Assembly: GCA_934699135.1 (NCBI GenBank)
Contig: CAKUVM010000004.1
Coordinates: 17,331 to 81,330, forward strand
Source: an uncultured Bacteroidales bacterium
GTDB taxonomy: Bacteria > Bacteroidota > Bacteroidia > Bacteroidales > Marinilabiliaceae
Length of the DNA: 64,000 nucleotides
Reading direction: 5' to 3'
Shown here one piece after another: positions 29,892 through 39,888 of the stretch. The notes below the pieces were generated by a model. It did no database searches, was not told where the DNA came from, and saw only the letters and a list, made by a program, of their open reading frames with translations. The first letter of the stretch is position 1. The number at the start of each line of letters is the position of its first letter. The translations under genes were made by a program, and so were the position numbers.

Positions 29892-31154
29892 ATGACAGCC
29901 AACCCTCAGACGCAACGCCAGTTCGAGGCCGTGAAACGGGCCTCGCGCACAATGAGTTCCGTCACACCAGAGCAGACAACAAGAGTGCTGGAGGCCCTGG
30001 CGGACGCCATCGTGGCCAACACCGCCAAAATCGTAGAAGCCAACGCCAAAGACCTGGCGCGCATGGACCCCGCCGACTATCGCTACGACCGCCTCAAGCT
30101 AGACGCCAAACGAATAGAGGGCATCGCGGCCGACACGCGCAACGTGGCCCACCTGCCAGCCCCATGCGGCGAGGTCATTGAGGAGCGCACAATGGCCAAC
30201 GGACTCAAGATAAGCCGCGTCAGAGTGCCGATGGGAGTGGTGGGAGTCATCTATGAGGCCAGGCCCAACGTCACCGTAGACGTGGTCTCCATAGGCCTGC
30301 GGTCTGGCAACGCCGTGGTGCTAAAAGGCGGCTCCGACGCCCACGAGAGCAACGCCACGCTTGTGGGCATAATAAGGGGCGTGGCGGAGGAGCAGGGGCT
30401 AGACCCCGACCTGGTGCAGCTGCTGCCAGACGGGCACGACGCCGCCACAGACCTTATGAACGCCGTGGGCTACGTAGATCTGCTCATCCCGCGCGGCTCG
30501 CAACGCCTCATAGCCTCGGTGCGGGACAACGCCAAAGTGCCGGTCATAGAGACCGGGGCAGGGGTGGTGCACACATATTTTGACAAGGCTGGAGACCTGG
30601 AGAAAGGGCGCCGGGTGATATGCAACGCCAAGACGCGCCGCGTCAGCGTGTGCAACGCCCTGGACTGCCTCATAATCCACAGCGGGCGGCTGGCCGACCT
30701 TGCCCCACTCTGCGAGCCTATGGCCGCCAAGGGTGTGGAGATCCATGCAGACAGGCGCGCGGTCGAAGCCTTGAAAGGGCGTTACCCGCAAGAGCTGCTC
30801 AAAGCAATTGAGCCGGACGACTACGGCCGGGAGTTCCTGGCCATGAAGCTGGCCGTGGTGACCGTAGACAGCCTCGACGAGGCCCTGCAGTATATCTACG
30901 AACACAGCCTGAAGCACTCCGAGGCCATCATAACGGAAGACGGAGACGCGGCCGAACGCTTCCTGAAAGAGGTCGACGCAGCGTGCTGCTACGTCAACGC
31001 CAGCACCGCGTTTACTGACGGCGGGCAGTTCGGCCTCGGCGCCGAAATTGGCATAAGCACGCAAAAGATGCACGCCAGGGGCCCAATGGGTCTGCGGGAG
31101 CTGACCTCTTACAAATGGCTCATCCGCGGAGACGGGCAGACTCGCGAGCCATAG
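29892..31154 (+). CDS. proA: Glutamate-5-semialdehyde dehydrogenase
   Basis: Aldehyde-dehydrogenase fold with the Cys region RVSVCNALDCLIIH. 420 aa, immediately after proB. Confidence 0.9.
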   Translation: MTANPQTQRQFEAVKRASRTMSSVTPEQTTRVLEALADAIVANTAKIVEANAKDLARMDPADYRYDRLKLDAKRIEGIAADTRNVAHLPAPCGEVIEERTMANGLKISRVRVPMGVVGVIYEARPNVTVDVVSIGLRSGNAVVLKGGSDAHESNATLVGIIRGVAEEQGLDPDLVQLLPDGHDAATDLMNAVGYVDLLIPRGSQRLIASVRDNAKVPVIETGAGVVHTYFDKAGDLEKGRRVICNAKTRRVSVCNALDCLIIHSGRLADLAPLCEPMAAKGVEIHADRRAVEALKGRYPQELLKAIEPDDYGREFLAMKLAVVTVDSLDEALQYIYEHSLKHSEAIITEDGDAAERFLKEVDAACCYVNASTAFTDGGQFGLGAEIGISTQKMHARGPMGLRELTSYKWLIRGDGQTREP

Positions 31155-31291
31155 CGCGACACTCGCGCCAAAACTCAGCCCCGCGGCAATGGACGCATAA
31201 AACATGGCCGCAGGGCATTCCATTTACCGCCCAAGGGCGTGAAGACGGGCGCGGGCAAATTTCAATCCGTAAAATGTAAACAACCGCCGCT

Positions 31292-31321
31292 GTTGTTTCG
31301 TCAAGTTTTTACGTATATTTG
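31292..31321 (+). promoter_or_regulatory. Candidate promoter for the bactofilin-atp operon
   Basis: Exact -7 box TATATTTG at 31314-31321, 50 nt upstream of ATG 31371. The -33 is imperfect (GTTG at 31292-31295). Confidence 0.4.
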
Positions 31322-31370
31322 TTATGCCGAAACGGCTAATGGCCCTGCTCGGCTTCAATTATCCTTGATA

Positions 31371-31763
31371 ATGGCATTTGGAATGAGCAAGAACTTCGAG
31401 ACAGAAAATAGCCTGCCAAACAACATAGGCAAGGGGACAAAATTCGTTGGAGACATCGAGACGAACGGCGACCTCCGCATTGACGGGGTCATAGACGGCA
31501 ACATCAAGTCGCAGGGTAAACTGGTTCTTGGGGCCGGCGGCAGCATCAAGGGCACCATCAAATGCTCTAGCGCCGAGATTTCCGGCTCATTTGAGGGAAA
31601 GGTGGAGGTGAGCGAGTTGCTGACGCTCAAGGCGTCCTCTTACTTCAAGGGCGAGATGACCGTCAACAAACTGTGCATAGAACCGGGAGCCAAGTTCATA
31701 GGCAACTGCGTCATGGCGGATAAGGGAGGAGCAGCCCCCACTCCCGAAGCCAAGAAAGTCTAA
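31371..31763 (+). CDS. Bactofilin-family (polymer-forming cytoskeletal) protein
   Basis: Repetitive beta-helix pattern FVGDIETNGDLRIDGVIDGNIKSQGKLVLGAGGSIKGTIKCSSAEISGSFEGKVEV. I trimmed the start to ATG 31371. Confidence 0.75.
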   Translation: MAFGMSKNFETENSLPNNIGKGTKFVGDIETNGDLRIDGVIDGNIKSQGKLVLGAGGSIKGTIKCSSAEISGSFEGKVEVSELLTLKASSYFKGEMTVNKLCIEPGAKFIGNCVMADKGGAAPTPEAKKV

Positions 31764-31808
31764 CCCACCCTAAGCCGCTCTTTGAGGCCGGGCCAACCTA
31801 GAAAACCG

Positions 31809-32171
31809 ATGGCACTTCTTGCAAGAGAATGGGTGGCAGCGGCGGTGGCAGCGGCGGCGACAGGAGCGTCAGTGGCCTTAATGGCTTGCGGGTTGACCAG
31901 CCCGGCTCTCGTGGCGGGAGTCTTGGCGCTGTTGGTCGCGGAAGGCGCAAAAATGGCTTTCTTATTGAAACGTTTTTCGTCTTCCGTCGGTAAAAGCCAA
32001 GTAGCGTCCACCGTGGTGGCCGAAGCGTTGACGTTCATAGCGGCCGTTGTGGTCATTGCCCTGTCCGCCACCCCCAAGAGCGAGGCGAACGTGGTGGAGA
32101 TAACGACGCTATGCGCAGCCTTCGTGGCGTTTAGAATAGCCTCCGGGCTAGCCCTCTCGGCAAGGTCGTGA
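31809..32171 (+). CDS. Small hydrophobic membrane protein, possibly AtpZ/AtpI-like
   Basis: Very hydrophobic, Ala/Val-rich helices. It sits directly upstream of atpB on the same strand, with ATG 31809. The call rests on position and hydrophobicity only. A 165-aa antisense ORF (31760..32257) is the competing reading. Confidence 0.4.
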   Translation: MALLAREWVAAAVAAAATGASVALMACGLTSPALVAGVLALLVAEGAKMAFLLKRFSSSVGKSQVASTVVAEALTFIAAVVVIALSATPKSEANVVEITTLCAAFVAFRIASGLALSARS

Positions 32172-32314
32172 GGCGGGGCGCGAGTCCCAACCAATAGACA
32201 ACACAATTCAAACAGCCCCGGCGATGAGCCGCGGTACCGGGTGTCGGCGCCCGGCATCGAGACACCCCGACCGCACGAGGCCGCACAGATAAAACGAAGC
32301 GAAACAAAACATCT

Positions 32315-33367
32315 ATGAGCAGGATAGCAACCATTCTCACGCTCGCCCTGTCAATGCTGGCGGCGCCCGTTGCCGCGCAAGAGGCGGCCGAGGCTCAAGC
32401 GTCAGCCAAGACGCAAGAGGCGGAGGGCGTGGACGTGGTGGAGGTAATAAGCCACCACATTAGTGACTCGCACCATTGGAACGTATTCGCATGGGACAAC
32501 GGCAAGAAGTCAATAGACATCCCGCTCCCCGTCATGGCGTACAACACGGCCACGGGCGATTTCCTCTTCACGTCGTCCTCCTCTTTCAGCGACGGGGCCT
32601 CCGTTGAGAAAAACGGCGTGACGTACACGCTCAACGCGCACGACAAACTGTGCGCCAACGGCAGTCGCGACAACGTCTTCGACTTCTCCCTGACCCGCAA
32701 CGTGGCCTCCGGCATCATGACTGCCGTGATCCTCCTGCTCGTCTTCGGCGGCGCGGCCCGCTCCATCAAAAAGTCCGGCAATGTCCCTCACGGCGCGGCC
32801 AACGCCGTGGAGTATCTTGTCACTTTCGTCAAAGACATCGCCGATGAGCAGATTGGCAAAGAGAAAGGCGCGCGTTTCGCCCCGTTCCTGCTCACGCTCT
32901 TCTTCTTCATCTGGTTCAACAACCTTGTGGGCCTGCTGCCATTCTTCCCCGGGTCTACCAACCTGTCCGGAAACATAGCCTTCACGGGCATTTTGGCGGT
33001 GTTCACGTTCCTCGTGACCAACTTCTCCGCCAACAAGCATTATTGGGTTCACACGTTCACGGTGCCGGGCGTCCCCGCCGTGATGAAGCTCATCATGGTG
33101 CCGCTTGAGATCGTGACCATGTTCACGAGGCCGTTCACCCTCCTAATCCGTTTGTTCGCCAACATCACCGGCGGACATATCATCGTCATCAGCCTCTTTT
33201 CGCTCATCTTCATCCTCCACACCGTCGGCATAGCTCCCGTCTCGGTGCTGCTGGGCATGCTCGTCTTCACTTTGGAGCTGATATTCGGAGCGTTGCAGGC
33301 CTACATCTTCACGGTGCTATCCGCGCTATACATTGGCTTGGCGGTCAACGCCGGCAGCGACGAGTAG
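32315..33367 (+). CDS. atpB: F0F1 ATP synthase subunit a
   Basis: Conserved stator Arg region TLLIRLFANITGGHII, with multiple TM helices. Confidence 0.9.
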   Translation: MSRIATILTLALSMLAAPVAAQEAAEAQASAKTQEAEGVDVVEVISHHISDSHHWNVFAWDNGKKSIDIPLPVMAYNTATGDFLFTSSSSFSDGASVEKNGVTYTLNAHDKLCANGSRDNVFDFSLTRNVASGIMTAVILLLVFGGAARSIKKSGNVPHGAANAVEYLVTFVKDIADEQIGKEKGARFAPFLLTLFFFIWFNNLVGLLPFFPGSTNLSGNIAFTGILAVFTFLVTNFSANKHYWVHTFTVPGVPAVMKLIMVPLEIVTMFTRPFTLLIRLFANITGGHIIVISLFSLIFILHTVGIAPVSVLLGMLVFTLELIFGALQAYIFTVLSALYIGLAVNAGSDE

Positions 33368-33472
33368 GGGCCGTTTGTCCCAATCTCCCAATTCATACAC
33401 ACAGCCAAAACGACCGGCGCCCTGGTGGCGCGTTCAACAAAAAGATAAACAACAACTAAAAAACAGATTATT

Positions 33473-33676
33473 ATGGGTAACATGATTGCAGTCGGTCTTG
33501 GACTGATCGTTATTGGTATCGGCATCGGCATCGGCAAGGTCGGTGGCTCAGCGGTAGACGCCATGGCCCGTCAGCCAGAGATGTCTGGCAAAATCCAGAG
33601 CGCCATGCTTATCGCCGCGGGCATGGTCGAGGGCGCAGGCCTCTTCGCCATCGTCATGGCATTCATCACGGCCTAG
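33473..33676 (+). CDS. atpE: F0F1 ATP synthase subunit c
   Basis: 67-aa hairpin protein with the ARQPE loop and a carboxylate in MVEGAGLF. By my hand alignment on ARQPE, Ile occupies the helix-1 position that is Gln in Na+-binding c subunits. This suggests H+ coupling. Confidence 0.9.
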   Translation: MGNMIAVGLGLIVIGIGIGIGKVGGSAVDAMARQPEMSGKIQSAMLIAAGMVEGAGLFAIVMAFITA

Positions 33677-33701
33677 TCCTTAGCACCTTAACGGTATCAC
33701 T

Positions 33702-34199
33702 ATGGATGGGATTTTAACTCCGGAGCCCGGACTGGTCATCTGGTCGGGCTTGACATTCCTGGTGGTCCTGGCCTTGCTCACCAAATTCGCCTGGAAGCCC
33801 CTCCTGGGGATGCTCAAGGAGCGCGAGGACGAGATAACCTCCTCCCTAGAGAAAGCCAAGGAGGCGCGGCAGGAATATGAGCGGGTGGAGGCCCAGAAGG
33901 CCCAGATGCTTGCAGACACCCGCACCGAGCGCGACGCCATCCTTAAAGAGGCGCGCGAGAAGGTGGAGGCCATGCTCGACGATGCGCGCAAACGCGCGCA
34001 GAGCGAGGGCGACAAGCTCATTGAGCAGGCGCGGGGCCAGATTGAGAGGGAGAAGGCGGACGCCATCGACGCCCTGAAGCGTCAAGTGGCCACCCTGTCT
34101 GTCGAAATCGCGGGCAAGCTCATCGAAAACGACCTCAAGGCAGACGACCGACAGGAGCAACTCATTGAGAAATATCTCCAAGAGAGCAACTTCAACTAA
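33702..34199 (+). CDS. atpF: F0F1 ATP synthase subunit b
   Basis: A single N-terminal TM helix followed by a long charged coiled coil. Operon position supports the call. Confidence 0.85.
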   Translation: MDGILTPEPGLVIWSGLTFLVVLALLTKFAWKPLLGMLKEREDEITSSLEKAKEARQEYERVEAQKAQMLADTRTERDAILKEAREKVEAMLDDARKRAQSEGDKLIEQARGQIEREKADAIDALKRQVATLSVEIAGKLIENDLKADDRQEQLIEKYLQESNFN

Positions 34200-34208
34200 A
34201 CCACAGCA

Positions 34209-34763
34209 ATGGACGCAGGACTGATTGCCAGACGATACGCCACGGTGCTACACGACTTCGCCGCCGACCGCGGCAAGCTAGACGAGGTGTATGCCGACGC
34301 TGTGACCGTAAGGCAGGCTTTGGCCGAGCAGCCACAGGCCAAGAAGTTTTTTGACTCCCCGCTGCGCAAGCTGTCGGAGAAGAAGGCTTTGGTAGAGGCA
34401 GTGTTCGCCAGCCGCGTGACGCCAGAGACGCTCCAGTTCCTCACCTTCCTGGTGAAGAAGGAACGCATAGGCTACGTCAGCTCCATCCTGCTCGTCTTCG
34501 AGATGCTCTATAAGACTGAGCGTCACATCTGCACGGCGCGGCTGACGACCGCCAAGGAACTCACGGCGCAGCAGAAAGAACGCCTCACCGGGCTGGTCTC
34601 TGACAAGCTGAAAGCCTCCGGCAAGGAGGTGGCGGCGATAGACGCCACGTTCCGGGTGAACCCGGCCATCATAGGCGGGCTTATTCTGGAGGTGGACGGG
34701 AGTCAGATAGACGGGTCCGTCAGGAGCAAGCTCAAGGCCGTAGAGAGGCAGCTGACGGTTTGA
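34209..34763 (+). CDS. atpH: F0F1 ATP synthase subunit delta (OSCP)
   Basis: 184 aa, between atpF and atpA. IARRYATVL-type N-terminus and a C-terminal IIGGLILEVDGSQIDGSV. Confidence 0.85.
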   Translation: MDAGLIARRYATVLHDFAADRGKLDEVYADAVTVRQALAEQPQAKKFFDSPLRKLSEKKALVEAVFASRVTPETLQFLTFLVKKERIGYVSSILLVFEMLYKTERHICTARLTTAKELTAQQKERLTGLVSDKLKASGKEVAAIDATFRVNPAIIGGLILEVDGSQIDGSVRSKLKAVERQLTV

Positions 34764-34795
34764 TTTTCTTTTTCTAATAACACGACATTCAGCGC

Positions 34796-36373
34796 ATGGA
34801 AAAAATAAAAGCCTCGGAAGTGTCTAGCGTGCTCAAGCAGCAGCTTGAGCAGTATGACTCTTCCTCAAAGCTGGAAGAGGTTGGCACCGTCTTGACCGTC
34901 GGCGACGGCATCGCCACGGCGTTTGGCCTGTCCAATGTCGAGAGCAACGAGCTCGTCGAGGTGGGCAAGGCTATGGGCGTGGTCCTCAACCTTGACCAGG
35001 ACAGCGTGGGCATTGTCCTTATGAACAACGCCGATGAGGTCAGGGAGGGCGACACAGTGAAGCGCACGGGGCGCATCGCGTCCATCCGTGTCGGAGACGA
35101 GATTGTTGGCCGCGTGGTCAACACCCTCGGCGAGCCGATTGACGGCAAGGGCCCCATAGGAGGCAAGCTCTACGAGATGCCACTGGAGCGCAAGGCGCCA
35201 CAGGTGCTCTTCCGCCAGCCGGTCAAGAGACCGCTCCAGACCGGCATCAAAGCCATCGACTCCATGATCCCCATCGGCCGCGGGCAGCGCGAGCTCATCA
35301 TCGGCGACCGCCAGACGGGCAAGACCTCCATTGCCGTAGACACGATTCTTAACCAGAAGAGTTTCTACGACGCCGGCGAGCCCGTGTATTGCATCTACGT
35401 GGCCACGGGCCAGAAAGCCAGCACCGTGGCGCAGATTGTGGCCACACTGGAGAAAAACGGAGCTATGGCCTACACCACAGTGGTCTCCGCCACGGCGGCA
35501 GACACCCCGGCCATGCAATACTTCTCTCCCCTGGCCGGAGCGGCCATAGGCGAGTATTTCCGCGACTCCGGCCGCCACGCCCTAATTGTCTATGACGACC
35601 TCTCGAAGCAGGCCGTGTCTTACCGCGAGGTGAGCCTCCTGCTCCGCAGGCCACCCGGACGCGAGGCGTACCCTGGCGACGTGTTCTACCTCCACTCGCG
35701 CCTCCTTGAGCGCGCTGCCAAAATTATTGAGAACGATGAGCTGGCGGCCAAGATGAACGACCTGCCAGAAGACATCAAAACCATCGTCAAGGGTGGTGGA
35801 TCGCTCACGGCACTGCCCATCATCGAGACCCAGGCAGGCGATGTGGCGGCGTATATCCCGACCAACGTGATCTCCATCACCGATGGCCAGATATACCTTG
35901 AGAGCAACCTCTTCAACGCCGGCGTGCGCCCCGCCATCAACGTGGGCATCTCAGTGTCCCGAGTGGGCGGATCGGCACAAATCAAGAGCATGAAGAAGGT
36001 GGCGGGAACGCTGAAACTAGACCAGGCCCAGTTCCGCGAGCTGGAGGCTTTCTCCAAGTTCGGCTCCGACCTCGACGCCGCCACAATGGCGGTGCTGGAC
36101 AAGGGACGCAAGAACGTGGAGATACTCAAGCAACCGCTCCACACGCCATACACAGTAGAGAAGCAGATTGCCATAATCTACTGCGGCACCAACGGGCTGC
36201 TCCGCGACGTGCCGATGGACAAGGTGAGGCAGTTTGAGGAGGAGTTTCTCGATGAGATGGAGCTTCGCCACAAAGACGCGCTCAACACACTGTCTCAAGG
36301 CAAGATTGACGACAACATCACGGCCATTCTCCGCGAGACGGCCGCAGAGGTGAGCAAACGCTTCGCTAAATAA
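34796..36373 (+). CDS. atpA: F0F1 ATP synthase subunit alpha
   Basis: Walker [10 protein letters not shown]. 525 aa. Confidence 0.95.
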   Translation: MEKIKASEVSSVLKQQLEQYDSSSKLEEVGTVLTVGDGIATAFGLSNVESNELVEVGKAMGVVLNLDQDSVGIVLMNNADEVREGDTVKRTGRIASIRVGDEIVGRVVNTLGEPIDGKGPIGGKLYEMPLERKAPQVLFRQPVKRPLQTGIKAIDSMIPIGRGQRELIIGDRQTGKTSIAVDTILNQKSFYDAGEPVYCIYVATGQKASTVAQIVATLEKNGAMAYTTVVSATAADTPAMQYFSPLAGAAIGEYFRDSGRHALIVYDDLSKQAVSYREVSLLLRRPPGREAYPGDVFYLHSRLLERAAKIIENDELAAKMNDLPEDIKTIVKGGGSLTALPIIETQAGDVAAYIPTNVISITDGQIYLESNLFNAGVRPAINVGISVSRVGGSAQIKSMKKVAGTLKLDQAQFRELEAFSKFGSDLDAATMAVLDKGRKNVEILKQPLHTPYTVEKQIAIIYCGTNGLLRDVPMDKVRQFEEEFLDEMELRHKDALNTLSQGKIDDNITAILRETAAEVSKRFAK

Positions 36374-36391
36374 CGGCAGGAGGGCAGACTG

Positions 36392-37279
36392 ATGGCTAAT
36401 CTTAAAGACATCCGGACACGAATCCACTCCGTCCAGTCCACCAGGCAGGTGACGAGCGCCATGAAGATGGTCTCCGCCGCCAAGCTGAAAAAGGCGCAGA
36501 ACGAAGTGGCCAAAGTCCGCCCGTTCGAGGCCAAGCTGGCCCAGATCATAGGGTCGCTAGGCTCGTCAGTCTCCAACGTTGAGCTGGACTACCACGCTTT
36601 CCGCAAGGCCACGCCGGGGGGGAAGACGCTGCTCGTGGCCATTGCCTCGGACAAGGGTCTCGCTGGGGCTTTCAACTCCAACATTGTCAAGGAAGTGGAG
36701 GAGATCCTCGCCTCCACCCTCAAGGCGGATGCCGACAAGGGACTTGTGGAAGTCATGACCATAGGGAAGCAGGTGGCCAAGGGACTGCGCTCGCGCCACG
36801 TGACGGTGCCAGTCAGGGAGACAGAGTGCTTCTATGACAACTTCAGCCTCGCCAAGGTCTACGAGGTGGCAGATGGGATCAGAAGCCGCTTCGAGGCCAA
36901 GGAATATGGGCGCGTGGTGCTGATATACAATGAGTTTGTCAACACTGCGGTGCAAAACGTGCGAGAGGCGCAGCTGCTGCCGCTTAGCATGGACGCGCAA
37001 GCTGATGACAAGGCCACGCGAGACTTCATTGTGGAGCCGAGCAAAGAGGAGGTCTTGGCCGACCTGATTCCGCAGGCCATCAGGATAAAACTCTTGGCCG
37101 TGGTCAAAGAGTCGTTGGCCTCGGAGCATGGCGCCCGCATGACGTCTATGCATAAGGCCACGGACAACGCCACGACGCTGCTTGACGAACTCCAGTTGCA
37201 ATACAACAAAGCGCGCCAGTCGGCCATCACGAACGAGCTTATCGAGATTGTGAGCGGGGCCTCGGCTCTCAACGGCTAA
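36392..37279 (+). CDS. atpG: F0F1 ATP synthase subunit gamma
   Basis: MANLKDIRTRIHSVQSTRQVTSAMKMVSAAKL start and a C-terminal QSAITNELIEIVSGA. Confidence 0.95.
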   Translation: MANLKDIRTRIHSVQSTRQVTSAMKMVSAAKLKKAQNEVAKVRPFEAKLAQIIGSLGSSVSNVELDYHAFRKATPGGKTLLVAIASDKGLAGAFNSNIVKEVEEILASTLKADADKGLVEVMTIGKQVAKGLRSRHVTVPVRETECFYDNFSLAKVYEVADGIRSRFEAKEYGRVVLIYNEFVNTAVQNVREAQLLPLSMDAQADDKATRDFIVEPSKEEVLADLIPQAIRIKLLAVVKESLASEHGARMTSMHKATDNATTLLDELQLQYNKARQSAITNELIEIVSGASALNG

Positions 37280-37321
37280 GGTTGCGACTCACTCAGAGTA
37301 ACGACACTAATTGTAACGGCT

Positions 37322-37365
37322 GGCGGCCTTCGAGCTTCTTATGGCTCGGAGGCCGCCTTGATTTG
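37322..37365 (+). terminator. Terminator of the atp operon
   Basis: 14-bp stem ggcggccttcgagc / gctcggaggccgcc (one G-U pair) followed by TTGATTTG. Confidence 0.6.
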
Positions 37366-37519
37366 TCTGAGGCCGAGAAACCCACCATCCCACAGACGCG
37401 GCAATAGCCGGCATCTGGCGGCAGTCTTGCAGAAAATATTCTGTAACTTTAAAGTTGTGTGGGATGAGCATTATGGGATGCCTCGGCACCCATGAGTTAC
37501 CCTCCCAGACGCTCAAACA

Positions 37520-38794
37520 ATGAAGACAATCGCAGAACTATATGAGGCTTTCCGCCACAGCACGGGAGTCTCAACCGACACGCGCACCATCTCGCCAGGC
37601 TCGCTGTTCGTGGCGTTGCGCGGGGCCAACTTCGACGCCAACGCCATGGTCGGCCAAGCTTTGGAGCTTGGGGCGGCCTTTGTGGTGACAACAGACAAAT
37701 CTTTCGCCAACGACCCTCGCGCCTACGTGACAGACGACACTCTGGCCGCTCTTCAAGACTTGGCCAGAGAGAGGCGCAGACACCTGGAGATTCCCGTCAT
37801 AGGCATCACAGGCACCAACGGCAAGACCACGACAAAGGAGTTGACGACGGCCGTATTGAGCAAAAAATTCAAGACCGTGGCCACAAAAGGCAACCTCAAC
37901 AATCACATTGGCGTGCCGCTGACCATACTCTCCATACCGGACGACGCTGAGATGGCCGTGGTGGAGATGGGCGCGAGCCACCCTGGCGAGATCGCGACCC
38001 TTGTGACCATATCCCAGCCCACGGCAGGCCTTGTCACCAACGTGGGCATTGGCCATATTGAGGGTTTTGGCTCCATTGAGGGCGTGAAGCACGCGAAGGC
38101 GGAGCTTTATGACTATTTGCGCCGCACGGGCGGCACCGTCTTTATAGACCCTAATAACAAAGACCTGGCAAATATGCTTGGCGAATATGCCAACACTGTG
38201 CCATACGTGCGGGGACGCGTTGAAGACTGCGCCGCGGAGACTCTCGACATGAGTTGGGCCGTGAGGGACGATTGGCACCACGTCACGACGCACCTTTTGG
38301 GCAAATATAACATGCCAAACGCCTTGGCCGCGGCCACCGTGGGGCATTATTTCGGCGTGACGGACAGTGACGTGACCGAGGCCCTTGGGCAATACGAACC
38401 TACCAACGGGCGGAGCCAGATAGTCCAGACCCGTCGGAACAGGCTGGTGGTGGACGCCTACAACGCCAACCCCACGAGCATGGGCGCGGCGCTAGACAAC
38501 TTCGCCAGCCATGAGGCGGGACACAAGTGCGTGATCCTGGGAGCGATGAGGGAGCTGGGTCCTCTTCAAGATGAGCAACACGTCAAGGTGCTTGAGAAGC
38601 TCAAGACCATGGACTTAGACCAGGCCATTCTCATAGGTCTGGAGTTCCGCAAGTTTGAGAAAGACTATCCCAGTTTCTCTTTCTTCGACGCCACGCCAGA
38701 CGCCGCTCAAGCCGTCGGGGCCTTGAGCGGGAAATACGTCCTCATCAAAGGCTCAAACTCCAACAAGCTATCTCAACTTGTGCCCCTGCTCTGA
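37520..38794 (+). CDS. murF: UDP-N-acetylmuramoyl-tripeptide--D-alanyl-D-alanine ligase
   Basis: Mur-ligase P-loop GITGTNGKTTTKE. 424 aa. Confidence 0.9.
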   Translation: MKTIAELYEAFRHSTGVSTDTRTISPGSLFVALRGANFDANAMVGQALELGAAFVVTTDKSFANDPRAYVTDDTLAALQDLARERRRHLEIPVIGITGTNGKTTTKELTTAVLSKKFKTVATKGNLNNHIGVPLTILSIPDDAEMAVVEMGASHPGEIATLVTISQPTAGLVTNVGIGHIEGFGSIEGVKHAKAELYDYLRRTGGTVFIDPNNKDLANMLGEYANTVPYVRGRVEDCAAETLDMSWAVRDDWHHVTTHLLGKYNMPNALAAATVGHYFGVTDSDVTEALGQYEPTNGRSQIVQTRRNRLVVDAYNANPTSMGAALDNFASHEAGHKCVILGAMRELGPLQDEQHVKVLEKLKTMDLDQAILIGLEFRKFEKDYPSFSFFDATPDAAQAVGALSGKYVLIKGSNSNKLSQLVPLL

Positions 38795-38846
38795 CAGAGG
38801 GCACGGTAAAACGCAGAAAAAATCAAAACTCATAATAGCCAACCTA

Positions 38847-39800
38847 ATGAACAGATTTCTCACCGTCGGTGACATTGGCGACCTCGACAAGGCCCTCCGC
38901 GAGGCCAAGGAGGTCAAGGCGACCCCTTTCGCATGGCAGGAGCTTGGCCGCAACAAGACCATAATCCTTGTCTTCTTCAACTCGAGCCTGCGCACGAGGC
39001 TCAGCTCGCAAAAGGCGGCGCAGAACCTCGGCATGAACGCCATTGTCCTGAACATTGACAAGGACAGCTGGAAACTCGAGACGGAGATGGGCGTGGTGAT
39101 GGACGGAGACAAGAGCGAGCACCTGCGCGAGGCCATTCCCGTCATCGGCAGCTACTGCGACATCATCGGAGTCCGCTCCTTCGCTCGTTTCGAGAGCCGC
39201 GAGTTCGACTATCAGGAGACCATAATCAACCAGTTTATCCAATACTCCGGCCGCCCCGTAATCAGCCTCGAGAGCGCGACAAGACACCCGTGCCAGGCCT
39301 TTGCCGACCTCATCACCATTGAGGAGCATAAGACCAAGGCGCGCCCCAAAGTGGTCCTCTCCTGGGCTCCCCACCCTCGCGCATTGCCGCAGGCCGTGCC
39401 GAACTCCTTTGCCGAGTGGATGAAAGTCGCCGACGTGGACTTCGTCATCACCTGTCCCGAAGGCTATGACTTGGCTCCGGACATCATGCAAGGGGCGCAC
39501 CTGGAGCGAGACCAGAAAAAGGCTTTCGAGGGCGCAGACTTCATATATGCCAAGAACTGGTCGTCTTATGAGAGCTATGGCCAAATCCTCTCCAAAGACA
39601 TGAGCTGGACTGTTGACGCGGAGCATATGAGCTGGACCAACAACGCCAAGTTTATGCACTGCCTGCCCGTCCGCCGCAATATGATTGTGACGGACGAGGT
39701 CATTGACAGCCCCAACAGCCTTGTCATTCCCGAGGCCGCGAACCGTGTCGTCTCCGCGCAAGTGGTGATGAAACGTATGCTTGAAGATTTGCGCAAATAG
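38847..39800 (+). CDS. argF': N-succinyl- or N-acetyl-L-ornithine carbamoyltransferase (AOTCase/SOTCase family)
   Basis: Transcarbamylase motifs SLRTR (FFNSSLRTRLS), HPCQ (ATRHPCQAFADL) and HCLP (FMHCLPVRRN). I trimmed the start to ATG 38847 (MNRFLTVGD). The succinyl versus acetyl substrate was not resolved. Confidence 0.8.
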   Translation: MNRFLTVGDIGDLDKALREAKEVKATPFAWQELGRNKTIILVFFNSSLRTRLSSQKAAQNLGMNAIVLNIDKDSWKLETEMGVVMDGDKSEHLREAIPVIGSYCDIIGVRSFARFESREFDYQETIINQFIQYSGRPVISLESATRHPCQAFADLITIEEHKTKARPKVVLSWAPHPRALPQAVPNSFAEWMKVADVDFVITCPEGYDLAPDIMQGAHLERDQKKAFEGADFIYAKNWSSYESYGQILSKDMSWTVDAEHMSWTNNAKFMHCLPVRRNMIVTDEVIDSPNSLVIPEAANRVVSAQVVMKRMLEDLRK

Positions 39801-39829
39801 GCGAGCGACACACTGCCGCAAACGCAAAT

Positions 39830-39862
39830 GAGGTCGAGACGCAACTAAGCCGCCTCGACCTC
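39830..39862. terminator. Bidirectional terminator between convergent argF' and dxs
   Basis: 9-bp stem gaggtcgag / ctcgacctc. The plus strand continues TTCTTATATGTTTT. Confidence 0.55.
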
Positions 39863-39888
39863 TTCTTATATGTTTTCCGCCAAATTAT

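Noticed and set aside
31760-32257. 165-aa minus-strand ORF between the bactofilin gene and atpB
   Set aside because: It is opposite in orientation to the operon and has no signal or TM logic. The + strand frame encodes a very hydrophobic small protein at the position where AtpZ/AtpI-like genes sit. I kept the + strand model, but at low confidence.
37280-37519. 240-nt intergenic region after atpG, examined for a tRNA or small RNA
   Set aside because: I found only the atp terminator hairpin and a weak TAACTTTA box before murF. I could not fold a cloverleaf or see a conserved RNA motif by eye.
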